Shown here one piece after another: positions 1-13,688 of a stretch of DNA of 64,000 nucleotides. Under the pieces are notes generated by a model. That model made no database searches. It worked only from the letters and a program-made list of their open reading frames with translations, and was not told the origin of the DNA. Both the position numbers and the translations under genes were made by a program. Source of the stretch: Chromera velia (lineage: Eukaryota). Location of the stretch: the NCBI GenBank assembly GCA_018398765.1, contig JAHBMJ010000344.1, positions 1 through 64,000 of the forward strand, written 5' to 3'. Position 1 is the stretch's first letter, and each line of letters starts with the position of its first letter.

Positions 1-23
1 AGCGTCTCACTCTCTATGTCTCT

Positions 24-1065
24 CTATACATATTTGAACGTGCCTCTCTCTGTCTCTCTTTTACCATTGAATATGCCTCCTCCCCATATCACTTCCCCCG
101 TACCGGTTGGTGTTTTGTCTTCTTCCGTCTTCCCCCCCGAGGAGGAAGAAGGTCCCACAGAGAACCCCTGTCCCTTCGGAACTTGAACGTACAGCTCTCC
201 GAAGGCTGCGCAGCTGCTGGGAATACCGAATTCTGTCATCATTGTGTTGTTTCCTTCCACACCTGTCAGCATCACAGCGCCGAATTCGTCTCCAGAAACC
301 ACCTGCGAGCCATCCTCAAATTTGATTGTGAGCTCATCGGTTGTGGCGCCGATGACGTCAGTCTCGTCTGGGGGAACTCCCCCTCCTACTGACAGAATGC
401 ACTGAAACCCCGTTCCCGCAGGGACCACTTGCAACATGTCTTGGCAGAGAACAATGCTGTCGAATTGCACAGTGGAGAAATCCAGTTCCGTGCTGGTGAT
501 GAAAGTGAAGTCCTTTTCCGGAGGCTTCACGTCCAAAACGTAGAACCCGACAACTTCTGTACCACTGTTCCCGTCATCAACCTCAGCGCAAAAGAAGTCG
601 ATGGAGTACGCATTCGTGGAGTACACGGTCACGGAGCTGTTCACGGCGGGAGGGGCCACAAAGAAAGGAAGAACGTTGTCAAACCCCCCCTTTCCCTTTC
701 CGTCTCCTTTCAGGTCAGTCGTTTTCCCTCCAGCCAAACCGGAGAAGTCGGGAAGCTTCATCGCGCCTCCGAGGTCGCCGAACTTCAGCGGCATATCGAG
801 GGCTGCAAGCAACGAATCAGCATTATAACCATGCAGTGTAGATGGGAGTCAGCCGCAGCTCTCACTGCAACTGAGTGATGCAAAACATCCGGACATGGAG
901 GGATGAAAGCGTTGTTAGGTGTTGTTTGCCTGCAACGCAATGTGTTGTTCTCTGAGAGAAAGGAGGAAATACAACCGGATTTTGGTCATAATGCAATCAG
1001 GTGAACTCACCAGCTTCTACATGCCCGACAAAGGCAATACAGAGAAAAGTGATGAGGAATCTCAT
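24..1065 (-). CDS. Secreted protein of unknown function (2 exons seen; C-terminus may continue through a further intron)
   Basis: Exon 1 at 1065-1011 encodes the signal-peptide-like MRFLITFLCIAFVGHVEA and ends at a GTGAGT donor. It joins in phase to the TTGCAG acceptor at 803 and the non-repetitive ORF 802-24 (ALDMPLKFGDLGG...). No family recognised. The last ~25 codons may be intronic. Confidence 0.7.
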
Positions 1066-1462
1066 GGCGTCGACTGCTAAAGTGGTGTATATACAGACGG
1101 AGTAGACTCTGGCGGTGCTCACTATGTGACAGAGCCAGAAAGTTTGAGCAGGAATATGTGCAGGGAATCGATCTGTCGGGCAGTTTCCTGGCCTTCAAGG
1201 CGGTATGAATCGTTCAGTGCACAAGCAGCAACGAAACATATATATATATGCTGTATACACGTACTATAGCTGTATATTACTATAATTCAGCTCTGATGCA
1301 TGTACGTGTGTCGATCGATCGGTCGCGGACACATGCAGCCAAAAAAATTGTTGATTCAGTCACAGCCGAACAGTCGGTTAGCTATAGTCGCACGCGTTTT
1401 GCGCGCGTCCCGCCATCCGCGCGCCACTTGAATAGACTATAAGAAACATATTAACCGTATCG

Positions 1463-1719
1463 CCTCAGGGGGCAGCTCAGCTCTGCTGAGATCAACCGAA
1501 AGGCCCTAAGATCGCACGCTATCGCACGCACTCGCATAACGCATTTTTTCATTTTTTAATTGGGGGTTCGGTTCTGTTTCCATCTGTGACAGTGTCGTGA
1601 ACTGTCCCTACTTAGAGAAAAATGTTCGTCAAACAACTCACAAGAAGCAGTTGACCATATATATTTTACCTCGAAAAGCAGCTAGCTAGCTCAGCCCAGC
1701 CTAAGCCGAGCCCCTGAGG
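1463..1719. mobile_element. Possible small degenerate MITE
   Basis: Imperfect inverted ends CCTCAGGGGGCAGCTCAGCTCTGCTGAG and CTCAGCCCAGCCTAAGCCGAGCCCCTGAGG around an AT-rich core. No clear target-site duplication (TSD). Confidence 0.25.
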
Positions 1720-4160
1720 GTCTTATGATTGCACACCCTTACATAAACAGGCACGGCCAAGCCGGCCACGCGGGAGATGCTAAACTATGTTAATTCGAAC
1801 AACGGATGTCTTTCAAAGCGCCCACCTAATTAGTTGGGTCACAACTTGGCTACATACAATTATTAATCAAGCATAGCTAGCTTTATTAATTAATATCCTA
1901 TCTATGCATTATCTTACACACTAACAGTGTTTCATAACTTGTATTGATTCTGATATTGAATGCTGTACGTCTGGTGTTATATCATTTTAAATTTACATTA
2001 ATTGATAAACAACTGTACATATTCTTAACGGTTCTTTCATGATGCTTACTTTCATCATCATCATATTATTATATCGTGCGTCTATAGTCGTACGTGCATC
2101 ATGACGGCAGGCCTCTGTATGCTACCGATGGTAGACAACAAAAATATTATTATCGTTCGATTACCAAATTTAGTTGCTAAGCCTTGACCAGGCAACTATG
2201 CTCCGTTCTAGACTCCGTTCTTATATGTTAAAGAAAACCACTAAGACTGTCACTTAAAGTTAAAGAGACAAACAGTCTAATATTAGAATTGACTTCAGGA
2301 TTCCTTTATAAGAGTCCCTACACAGGAAAATCCCTGGTTCCGTCTTCGCGTGTCTTCATCCGAGTCTCTCTCCATCTTATTCCATCTTCTTTCCCTTGCC
2401 CCCACACCTGATCTCTCTCAATTTCTCTAGCTGTACAATCCAATGAATTGAGTTACGCACTCAACAGGCACTCAGCCAACGCAGACAGACACATGCGGTA
2501 TGCGGGTCGTCTTTCCTCCCTCCTCTCTTCTTATCGATCTGTCCTCTTCTATCCTGTCCTAGCTATCCAGACATACCGGTACGGCCAAGGAGACAGCTAG
2601 CCAGCTGCCAGGGTGGACGATCGATCGATCGACCGACCGACCAAGTAACCGACGCCGCGGGCCCTCCCTCCCTCCCCCCCTCCGTTAAATTGTCTTTGAC
2701 ACTCTTCTTCTTCACTGCATGCGCACATCTTTCCTACTTCTGGTTTTCACTTTTTCAATCGGCAGTATCATTTCAAAGAACTTAGTCATGCACTTAGTTC
2801 CACTTAGTCCTTCCATGCGGTCCGTCTTTCTTGTCCTGTCTTGTCTTCTCTTTTTCTGCCTCTCCTCCCACCGGACGCAACGAGACAGGCAGGTAGGTAG
2901 GCAGGGCTGCATGCCAGCGCACCGAATGGAATAGTGACTCTGCGCGGCTTTTTCTCGGTACTTGCCTTTCTCTCTCTCTCCTTCCTGAAAGCGACGGCAT
3001 GGGCAAGGAGGGGAAAGCTAGGGGGAATTCAACATGCAGTCCATGCATGCATGCAGGGAAGGGAACGCTCGATCCTCCATCGAGGAGCGGAGAGGAAATT
3101 AAGGCCGGCGAGAAGGAAGGAAGGAAGAGAAAGAACCACCCATGCACCCACCGCCTGTACGTGTCTCTGCACAGGCAGGGGTGGGTGGAGACATGGCACT
3201 GATTGCAGAAAAAAAGAAAGAAAGAAAGAAAGAAAGAAAGAGGCTTAAGCGGCTGGGAATTAAGTGTCAAGGGCTTGCAACGAGTGAGAAGAGAAGAGAA
3301 GATCGAGTAGGCACCGACGGTGTGAGAGTCGGTGAGAGTTTGAGTGAGAGAGAGCTCTAGTCAATGTATCCTCCATCCATCCATCCAAGAATTTGCTCAC
3401 GCAAAGAGGTAAAGGAAGAAAAGAGAGGAAGAAAGAGAGAACGAAAGGAAAGGAAGACAATATAAATGGGAAGGAAAGAAAGGAACTGCAGCATCTCTCT
3501 CTGTATGCCAAAAATTACATCCATCCACCTTTCATCATCCTCCCTAGGAGTAAGTTCTCTAGTCTTCTTTGATCGATGCTTGCCTTCCCTTAATTCGCAT
3601 TGTCGGCTTCTCCAGCCTAAGTAGCTCCTCACTCCTCTCCTCCTCCCCTCTCTGCAATTTTCCGAGACGATCTGATCTCCCTGGCTCCCGGCCATGCACC
3701 CATGCACCCACCTAAGCAGCCACGGAATGCAATTCAATGCAATCTCGGCAGGAGGGAGGGAGGGAGGGAGGACATGCGACTCACTCCACTCGCCTCACTC
3801 ACCAACTCTCTCCCTCTCCCTACCCGCGCACATACATGTCTTTTGCCTCTTTCTCTCTCTCGCCCTCTCTCTCTCTGAGAAACCCCCTCCCCTCCACGGA
3901 GGCAGGGAGGGAGGGAGGGACCTTTCTTTGCTTGTGCGTGTACGCATGCATGCATGAATGCATGCACGCTCAAAGACTCACTAACAGACAGACAGGCAGG
4001 CAGAAAGACGGGTTCATTCCCCGACTCTGTCCGTCTGTTTGAAGGAAGGCAAGCAGGAGATTGGGAGAAAGACACAGACAAGAATGAACGACCCCCCCGC
4101 CACCCGCCCCAGGTACATCCGCACCTAACCCCCACCCACCCAACCACACACACACACACA

Positions 4161-4198
<38 letters not shown>

Positions 4199-5988
4199 CG
4201 TAGGTCGAGAAAAAAAAAGGAAACACACAGTCATTGAGATGGGTGAAAGAAACAAATTGAGAGACGAATTTCAACGGACGGATGGCCTTTTCGATTAGTC
4301 AATTAGTCCATTTCCTTCCTAGACCTTCTGCATGGTTTCCTTCTCTTCCCTATGCCCCCCCGTTGTCTCTCTCGTTGTCTCGGTACCTGTTTGCTTGCTT
4401 GCTCGCTTGCGTGACCGACCGACCGACAATCCCATCCTTCGATCGATCACAGTTTCCTTTCTCGTTTTCTTCCCTCTTTCCTCCCTTTTTCTACAGGAAG
4501 GCAGGAAACATCTACCACCTCGATCAAGTTCTGTGTCTGTCTGTCTGTCAGATCTGACTGCGTGACCCCGTTTCTTCTTTCCTGCCACATTTTCACCTCA
4601 TTCTCTTCTCTTCTATCTTCCCCTCTAGCTGTCGGACTACTCACTTCCACATTCTTCAGTTCTCTAGTAGAGGGTTGCCCCGGCAATGAGTGAGGCGAGA
4701 GCAAAAGTCACACACAGATAGCTGTCCCTCCCCTCTCCCACTTTCCTTTCCGCCAATTTCTCCACATCATTCCCCATCTACCTACTTGGCTTCCCCAGCC
4801 TCCTTTCTTCCTCTTCTCTTCTCTTCTCTTCTCTTTTCTCCCTCCACTCTTGCCCCCCCCCTCTCCAGCATTCTCGCTTTGAGACACAGGAGGGACCCTG
4901 TATGGGGCATAAACAGAGAGGGAGAGAGAGAGAGAGGTGAGCAGGGAAGCGTCCTGCCTTCCTCCCTCTCCCCTTGAATTGGTCTTCCTCCGAAGACAAA
5001 AAAAAGAAAGGAAGAAAGTCTGACTGAACGAAAGAGAAACCTTTCCTCCAATTGCGGTCTGCCTACCAGCCTACCCCCATCTCCGCTCCCCTTCCTTCCT
5101 TCCTTCCGCCCGCTCGCTACAGAGAAAAAGAAGAGAGGTGACAATGCAGGGGGGGGGAGGGAGAAAAATTCCAACAAGAAAAGAAACTGCATGCATGAGG
5201 AAAATGTCATGCAGACAGACAGACAGACAGAACCTCTACAACATGCAAGCAGTAAGAAAAAGAAGAAATAATCAAGGGAACACCCACCACAACAGACAGA
5301 CACGAAAAAGAAAGAATCAAACAGGCACCAGCCAGGAAAGCCCCCCTCTTTCAGACATGCACAGTCCATGCGGGCAGCTTACCGAATGAATCTCTCCCTG
5401 TCTCATTCCGGAAGCACCACCTAGCTCTTTGTTTCTTTCTTTCTTTTCTGGTTTCATTGTTTGCATGCTTCTGTCACTTGAATTACCTGCTCCTTTCATC
5501 CAACAAAACAAAATAAATTTGAAGATCGAAGAAAACGATCGAGCGAAGAAAGCCGAATTAATTCACTGCGATCGAAGGATCTCTATGCAGGTCTGAAACT
5601 GCCTGCCCTCTCTATACTCTCCTCCTCTACCCATCTCTCTCGTACCACCAAGTAATCAATCAATCGATCCATCAATCAATCCGTGAAGCAAACAAACAAA
5701 CAAAGAAGCCAGTAGCCAAAGAGACAAACAAACAACGAAAGAAAGAAAGAAAGAAACAAACAAACAAAAAACCCATACGGGTACACACCCTCTCCGGGGC
5801 CGGCCTAGTGAAGTCAATGAATTCTTCCCTTCATTAATTCACTTTCTTCTCCCTCCCTCCCTCCTCCCTTCCCTCTACAGACTTTGTTCTTCTTCTTTTA
5901 AAAAAGACCCCCAAACAGAGTGGCCTACTGAGATGCAAACACGTCCAGTCAACGACATCTGTGTTCCCACAAAACACACACAGAATGG

Positions 5989-6022
<34 letters not shown>

Positions 6023-8737
6023 AACAAAGAATGAAGCAGTCGATTCAAGAAACACCCGTCGAAGGAAGATGTCAATTCTTTCTTTCTTTCTTTCTTTCTC
6101 CCTCTCTCCTTCATTTTTCCTTCCACCCCTTGCTGCAGCGTTCCAACAACCGTCCGTCCGTCCCCACGGCCGCGGGAATTCATCCCCTGCCTGCCTGCAT
6201 GAGTGAGTCGAGTCAGTGCCCTGCCCCCCTGCAGTGGCTTGCTTCCCTTCTTTCTCCCTCCCTCCCTCCCTCCCTGCTCACCGGAACGCAACGAGCGAGC
6301 TTCGATAACTGCAGATGCATCGGTGCACATCGGCGCTTGGTTTGTTGCGAGGGGGGAAGGAGAGATTCTCACCTAATTGTCCCTGCCCCCCGCCTTACTG
6401 ACTGCCGGCGCGGCCCGGATCGACCCATCGGGGACCGACCAAGATGGAGGGAGACATTCTCATTCTCAGGCAGTGAGTATTGAAGTACCCACTAGCACAC
6501 GTAGGCAGACAGACAGGCGAGCAAAGGGAAAAGAAAGAAGGTGGGAAGGTTGTCACATCCATTTTCTATCCATCTGTAGTTTTCCTGAAAGGCTTTTCAG
6601 AGAATGGAGGGGAACAGAATGCAAGAAAGAAAAATGGTTCTTCATGGACTTAATTGGGTACCTGACTGAAGATCACATCATTCTTCACTCAATCAACCCT
6701 TTGACTATTGGAACTTCTGAGAGAGAGAGAGAGAGAAGGATGGATTTGCCTGCCCTTCCTCTCTGTTGGTTCCCCTCCAAACAGCTCGATCCATCCATCG
6801 ATCGATCGAAGGGCGGGCTCTGGAGGTATCACTCTCTGTGTGTTTCCTCCCAATCCCGACTTTCTTTTTCGTTCTCCCTTCACCTTCACATACAGCAACA
6901 ACAGCAGCAGCAACAAACCAAAGAAGGAAGGAAGGAAGGAAGGAAGGAAGATGAGGAAAGACTTTCTGTCCAAGGAAGTAGAGGAAGGGAGAACGAAGTT
7001 TTGGGGGTTTCAGAAGAGAAGAAAGAAGAAGGAAGTGAGAGAACAAAAGAGAGAGGAGAAGAAAAGAGAAGAACACTCGTTTTCCTTGTATGGTTGATTG
7101 ATTGCTCATTTATTTAGTGATTTGATTATTTTGTCTTGTTGGAGAATGAATTGGGGCAGCCCGTGGTCTTCGGCCACCCCATGCTGTCGTTTGCTGTTCT
7201 CTCTTTTTTTCTTTCCTTCTTTTCTTCTCTCTCTCTCTCCCTCTCTCCCTCTGTGTGTGTGTCGCTCTGCCCGACAGGCAGGCAGGCAGAAAGGAAGGAA
7301 GGATGGCCAAAGAAAGAAAGAAAGAAAATCCATTCGTGTTTGTTGACTGGATGGATGCGGTAGGAACGGGAGGAGAGAGGGCAAGGGAAAAACAGGGCCA
7401 GAGAGAGAGAGAGAGAAAGAAAATTCATTTCCTTCTTTCCTTTCATCCTTTTGTCTTCATCTCTTCCCTTTAGACTCTAGATGGCCCTGCGCACGTGTAG
7501 CGAACTCGCACTCATGATCCCCCCCTGCCCCCTCTCTGAGGCCGTGTGGAAGGCAATGAAAAGAAAGAAAGAAAGAAAGAAAGAAAGAAGAGAGGAAGCG
7601 AGGAACGGATACAGCAAGAGTTGCACAGCACAAGCACGCACACTCGCTTGCACATAGAAATGACGACAGACAGGCAGGCAGGCAGGCAGATAGACGACAG
7701 ATCGGTCGGTAGCATGCGGATCCATTTTTCCGCTTTCTTTCTTTCTTTCTTTCTTTCTTTGCGTCTGTCTTTTTTGACGTTCGTTGCCTCAGTCTTTCTC
7801 TCTTCGTGTTCGTTCATTCATACACGTAAATTCTATCACTGGATAGATGGATGGATGATCTTCTTCTTCGATTCTTTGGTCAGTCGGTTGATTAGATTAG
7901 CACCAGTGCTCTATCTCTCTCTCCCTCTCTCTCTCTTGTTTCCTTTTCCCCTCACTCCCTGCTCTGCTGCTGCGTCGATGGACCGGTGAGCCGATCTTTT
8001 TCTTGATTCCTTTTCTGGAAGGAATTGACTTTTCTTCTCCTTTGAATTCACCTCACCTCCAAGGAAAGGAAAAAAGGACGGACAGGCAAGCATGGAAGGA
8101 ACAGAGGGACCTTCGAGAATGAATGCACTCACTCGTGGTGTTCTTGATATGGGTGGGGTGGGGTGGGTGGCAGTGCTCTCTCGTCCCTCCCTCCTTTTCG
8201 CTTGCCCCTCTTCGCCCATTCCTCCTTCTGGTCTCAGTCCACACACATACACACACAGACACAGACAGAGAGAGTGCCGCCTCCCTTCTCGCCCTGCACC
8301 CACTGACTCGACCGACTGTGTCTGCGTTCCCTTCTTTCCTCCCTCCCTCCCTCCCTTCCTTCCTTCCTTCCTCCCTCCCTCCTTCCTCCCTTCCTTCCTT
8401 CCTTCCTCTCTTTTTGATATTCCCAGCTACGCGCCTCTTTCAGCTGCGTCGCTCCATTTTTGACTATCGTTTTCCTGCGCTGACCATCAGATCGATCGAC
8501 CAGCACGAGCAAGGGATCAAGCAAGCAAGCAAGCACACACGCAGAGAACCACCTGGGCTGCCTGCCTGGCTGGCTGGCTGGCTGAAAGAATGAAGACAGA
8601 CAGACAAACCCATTCGATCATGCAGCCCTCCTTGATTCCCTGTGTCGAGGACATGAAATGAAACGAGCAAAAGGGCCTTGTCTGCCTGTCTGCAGGGAGT
8701 GACGGAATTTACGGGATGCCGTGACAGATGGGGGGGG

Positions 8738-8761
8738 NNNNNNNNNNNNNNNNNNNNNNNN
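8738..8761. other. Assembly gap flanked by poly-G
   Basis: 24 N between G runs. Confidence 0.95.
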
Positions 8762-9853
8762 GGGGGGGGGGGGCGAACATTCGTGCTTTTTTCAAGCATC
8801 TACAAGGAAGGAAGGAAGAAAGAAGGAAAACAAGAAAGAAAAAAAGAAACATTCGACGAAACAATTCACCAAACAAACAAGATAATGCACAGCGGGACAT
8901 GGCGTCAATGCATCCCACAAGACAAGACATCACGGGGTTCCCCACACCAGCCCAGCCCCCGCCTCCCGTCGGGCCCGCTCAACTTCAATATCCATTCCTT
9001 CATCCCTCCCTCCGGAAGGAGGTGAAGGAAGCTATCGAATAGTCCTTCCTTCCTTCCTTGATTGATCGATCGATCGATTCATGGGGCACGTCGAAAAGAA
9101 TTCATGAACAAACAAACAAACAAACAAACAAACAAATCGTGCACCCTTTGTCTCTATCCATCCTTGTGTGTTCTCTCTCTCTCCCCCTCTCTCTCTGTCG
9201 ACCTATCCGATCGTATCTCTTCCTCGCAACGCTCCCTCCCTGCCTGCCTGCCTGGTTGCATGAGTTCATTCCCGTCTCTAGCTAGTCCGAATGCATACCG
9301 ATGGAAAAGGAAGGAAGGAAGGAAGGCAGGCACACAGAGGCGGGTGGGAGGGGGGATCCATCCAAGCAAGCAAACAAGCAAGGAAGAAGTAACTCTCCTT
9401 CTCACCTCACCTCCCTACAATCAAGTGTCCCTCTCTACTCTTCGACTCTCCTTCCTTCCCTCCGTTACTCACTTCCTTATTCCTTTCTTCCTTCAAATCC
9501 ATCCGTGTGATATGAGAACGAGGGCGGGAGAAGAGAGAGACAGAAAGAAGGAAGGAAGGCCCTTTCCCTCCTTCCTCCCTTCATTCATTCCATGAATGAA
9601 TGAATAGGTACATGAAGTGACATGCACGCAGGCAGGAAGGCACGCCGGGCAGGAAGGAAGGACTTTTCCTCTTCGTTCGATCAATCTTTCCCTGTCCTCC
9701 ACTTCCTTTCCCTTAATTCCCTGCTCGAATCCACTCATTCATTCATTCATTTAACGCACTCACTCGACCGATGCATCATCTGACCTGATCCCCTTAATTG
9801 ATCGATGCTTGATGGGGGGGGCTTTGTTTGATTTTAATTCTTTGTTCATTGAT

Positions 9854-10596
9854 TTAGTATGGGGGCGGTTCCTCTCCCCCAGCCGCCTCTCCGGCTCCCC
9901 CCCCTCCGCCTGGCGCCTCTTCGTATGCGGGTGGAGCCTCCTCTACCCCCCCTCCCGTGAGAGATCCCGTGCCCCTCCCACCCCCCGGGTGAGAGGAAGT
10001 CCTCGCTCCTCCCTCATAACCACGGGAAGGAGGAAAGTCACCCCCAGCCCCCCCATACCCATAACCTGCAGGATACCCCCATCCCCCCCCATACATACGA
10101 TCACGATCCCCCCCCGGACCATCAGGGTAATAATCCCTATCCCCCCCCCGAGGAGGGTAATCACGTCGCCGTCTGTAGTCCTCAGGACCCCCCGACGCAG
10201 CACCCCCGGGGGGGCCGCGACCGCCAGGGGGAGGTCCTCTCCAGTCCCACCAATCGTCTGGGTGAATCGGGGGAGGGTAGTCGGGGTGGTCGCTCCAGGG
10301 ACCTCTGGACGGCCCCGGGCCCCATCCCCTCTCTCTGTCTCTGTCTCTCATTGGCGGGGGTCCGTCTCTCTCTCTGTCCCTGTCCCTATCCCTCCAGTCT
10401 CTCGGAGGAGGGTATGGGTGGGGGTAGTAGTAGTCATCGTCGCGTTGTCCGTAGTCAGGGTAATCGCGGGGGGGCGGATTCTGTGGCAGTCAGCGGAAGC
10501 AATCAATCGATCACTCAACATATGATCATTCATTCATTCATTCATTCATTCATTTCGTTTGCGTAAAAAAAAAGGGGGGGGGGATCCTCTGGTGGA

Positions 10597-10664
<68 letters not shown>

Positions 10665-10877
10665 CGTCTGTTTGTCCGTCTGTCTCTCGTTAATTCAATT
10701 AACTTATCTTCCCACCAGTTTGTTTCTCCCTCTCTTACCTGCTTGCTGTTTTTTAAAAAGTGTCGATCTGTTGCTCTCAATCGATCGATCGATCCCTCGA
10801 ATGATTCGTGAAATAGAAAACAAAACATCCGGCCAAACGAAACGCCGTCATTCCGGTAGTCTCGAACCACTGGCAGA

Positions 10878-10918
<41 letters not shown>

Positions 10919-10967
10919 ACACACGCACACACACACACACACACACAGACACACACACACACATACA

Positions 10968-11020
<53 letters not shown>

Positions 11021-11899
11021 GGAGAGAGAGAGAGAGAGAGAGAGACCTCTCTGAAACGAAACTGACCCGTCTCCCCGTAAATTCAGGTGGATAGTTCGGA
11101 TAGGGCTCCGGGCTCCCATCGAAGGAAGAAGGAAAGGGCCCGCCGCCGCCGCCTGGTCCTCCTCTGTACATGCCCCCCGGACCCGGACCCCGGCCGTCCC
11201 TGTCCATGCCTCTCCCGCCGCCGCCACTGCCAGGACGGAGTCGGGGGGGGATTTCCCTCTCCCTTCCCTCTAGTCTTGGGTCTCTGTCCCCTCCGAAACC
11301 CCCTCGAGGGTCGTGAGAGGCGGCGGCAGCGGACGCCTCGGGCAACGCCGTACCCCTCCGCCCCCCTGCTTGCCCCCGGGGCGGAGGGAAGCTTCTGTTG
11401 TCGTACCGCCACTCGTCTCCTGCATGCGGGTACGGGAGACAGCATGCACTCGCATCCGTGTCTGCGTGTGTGTGCGTGCGTCTGTGTGTGTGTGTGTGTG
11501 TGTGCGTGCGCAACGCTGATGCACTCACTCACTTTGTGCAACACTTCCCCAACCACTGCGCCTCGCACACAGACTCTCTTATCCACAGAGAGGAAGAGAG
11601 AGAGACAGACAGATGCCTTGCATAAACTGACTGACTGCCTGCCTGGCTGCCTGCCCACCCGACTGACTGCCCGCCTGACTATCTGCCTGACTGACAGACG
11701 AACAGACAAATTGACTCACTGCCTGACTGACTGACTGTCTCTCGGAGGACCCCCAGGCAGACGACAGTCGAAACCTCCAGGGGGGCCTGCGATAATGTCG
11801 AGGAAGAAACAACGAAAGAAAAAGTAAACGCAGGCTGATGAGATTGGGTGGGACTGAGAAGACAGATGTCAGAAAGAATATCATCGAAGCCGCACTCTT

Positions 11900-11943
<44 letters not shown>

Positions 11944-12429
11944 GACTTCGTTCCCGTATTTTGATTTGACCAAATGATTTATATTCACACAACAGGAGCA
12001 GCAGCAGCAGCAGACGACGACAAATGCCGGTAGTCGACAGACAGACTTTATGTTTCTTCTTCTCCCCTCTTTTCTTCATGAACACAACAGACAAAAAAGA
12101 AAGAAAGAAAGAAAGAAAGAACAAAGACAAAAGAACAGAACCAACAATCAAACAGACAGACACAGAGACAGAGACAGAGAGATGCGACAGCAGAAGTGTC
12201 GTTCTGCCTCCATTCCATTCCTCCCACTGTCTCTCTCGGTGTTGATACGGTGTTGATACTACGTAGAGAGTACAGGCGGCAGTTATGTCTGTCACTCGAT
12301 CCCCTGCCAGCTGACTGACAACCGCGTAAGGACACCAGAAACAAAATAGATGATCAGAAATCGGAACCACAGAGGAGCAATACATACAAAGAAAGAAAGA
12401 AACAAAGAAAGAAAGAAAGAAAGAGAGAG

Positions 12430-12483
<54 letters not shown>

Positions 12484-13657
12484 GAAAGGAAAGGAAAGGA
12501 AAAACAATTCTGCTGCTGCTTGAAAAAACCTACAGTCAAGAAACGCGAAGAGAAAAAGAAAAGAAAAAAAACTGTTCCCAGCACATCAAAGCAACGCAAA
12601 GCCAACCGACCGACCTCGACCGCCGCCTCCCCCCCCCCCTCCTGGCGTTCCCCCTCCGCTTCTCACTCCGAACTTGTCTCTGTTCTGGGCGGCCTGGGTC
12701 ACCGCGTGCTGTGGCAGAATGGGTGCAGCTGCCCCTTCTACGTTCGCATTTTCTGGTGGAGGAGGCGGTGGGGGGGGCGCTCTTCCCCTTTCCCCCCCTT
12801 CCCCGTTCCCGCCCCTTGCCCCTCTCCCCGAGGGGTCAACTCGCGGGTCTGTCGCGAGAACGCGGGCAGAGTTCAGCTCTTCAAACGTGTGGGCGTACGT
12901 GCAGTCGTTCCCCCGAGCACACGCAAAACCCTGCAAACAAGCAAACAAGCAACCAGCGGGCCCGCCAGGTGACTTTTCAGGGAGACATTAGAAGAAGAAG
13001 TGAACCAACCCTCCTTCCTTCCTTCCTTGTGGGTGAATCTTCCTCTGCGAATTTGGCCCCTCGTGGGCGCGCTGAATCGATCAAGGTGACCTTAAATCGC
13101 CTGTCGGCCTGTCTTCAAAAAAGCGTTTTGGAAGGCGATCAAGGTCAGACAGACATCTTGATCGATCGATGACGTACGCACGCAGGTGCGGTTGAAAAAC
13201 ATGAAATCAAGACCACCTCTATGCGCCGACTCTCTCCTTTTCCCTTTCTCTCACGTCACCACTGAATGAATGAGTGATAAATTCAACAAATGACGAACGC
13301 GCCAATGAACGGACCGACGAAGGTGACTCACCAACCCACCCACCCACTTATGCCCCAATACCCACCCACTCACTCACTCACCCTGAGTACAGAGTAACAA
13401 AGTGAAGTCCTCTCTAGTGCCGGGCGTCTTCTGCACACACACACACACAACACACACATACACACAAAGAGAGAGAGAGAGAGAGGAAGCACAATCAGCG
13501 CAGCACCAATACGAATGCAGATAAAGAGAAACAAAGTAAAAGGCCGATGCGAAAGATATGAATCAAAAAACAGAACAGGAAGAAATGATGCAGGCAGGAT
13601 CCATAACCACGCACAGAATCGATCCAAGAGGGAATCTCTTCCCACACACACACACAC

Positions 13658-13688
<31 letters not shown>

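Noticed and set aside
866..929. Possible extra exon in the first gene
   Set aside because: Including it breaks phase; the direct 1011>802 join is in frame.
2712..9738. Dozens of 60-250 aa ORFs (ERERER, LSLSLS, CVCVCV, TDRQ), here and throughout the introns
   Set aside because: Translations of microsatellites that lack stop codons; no coding complexity.
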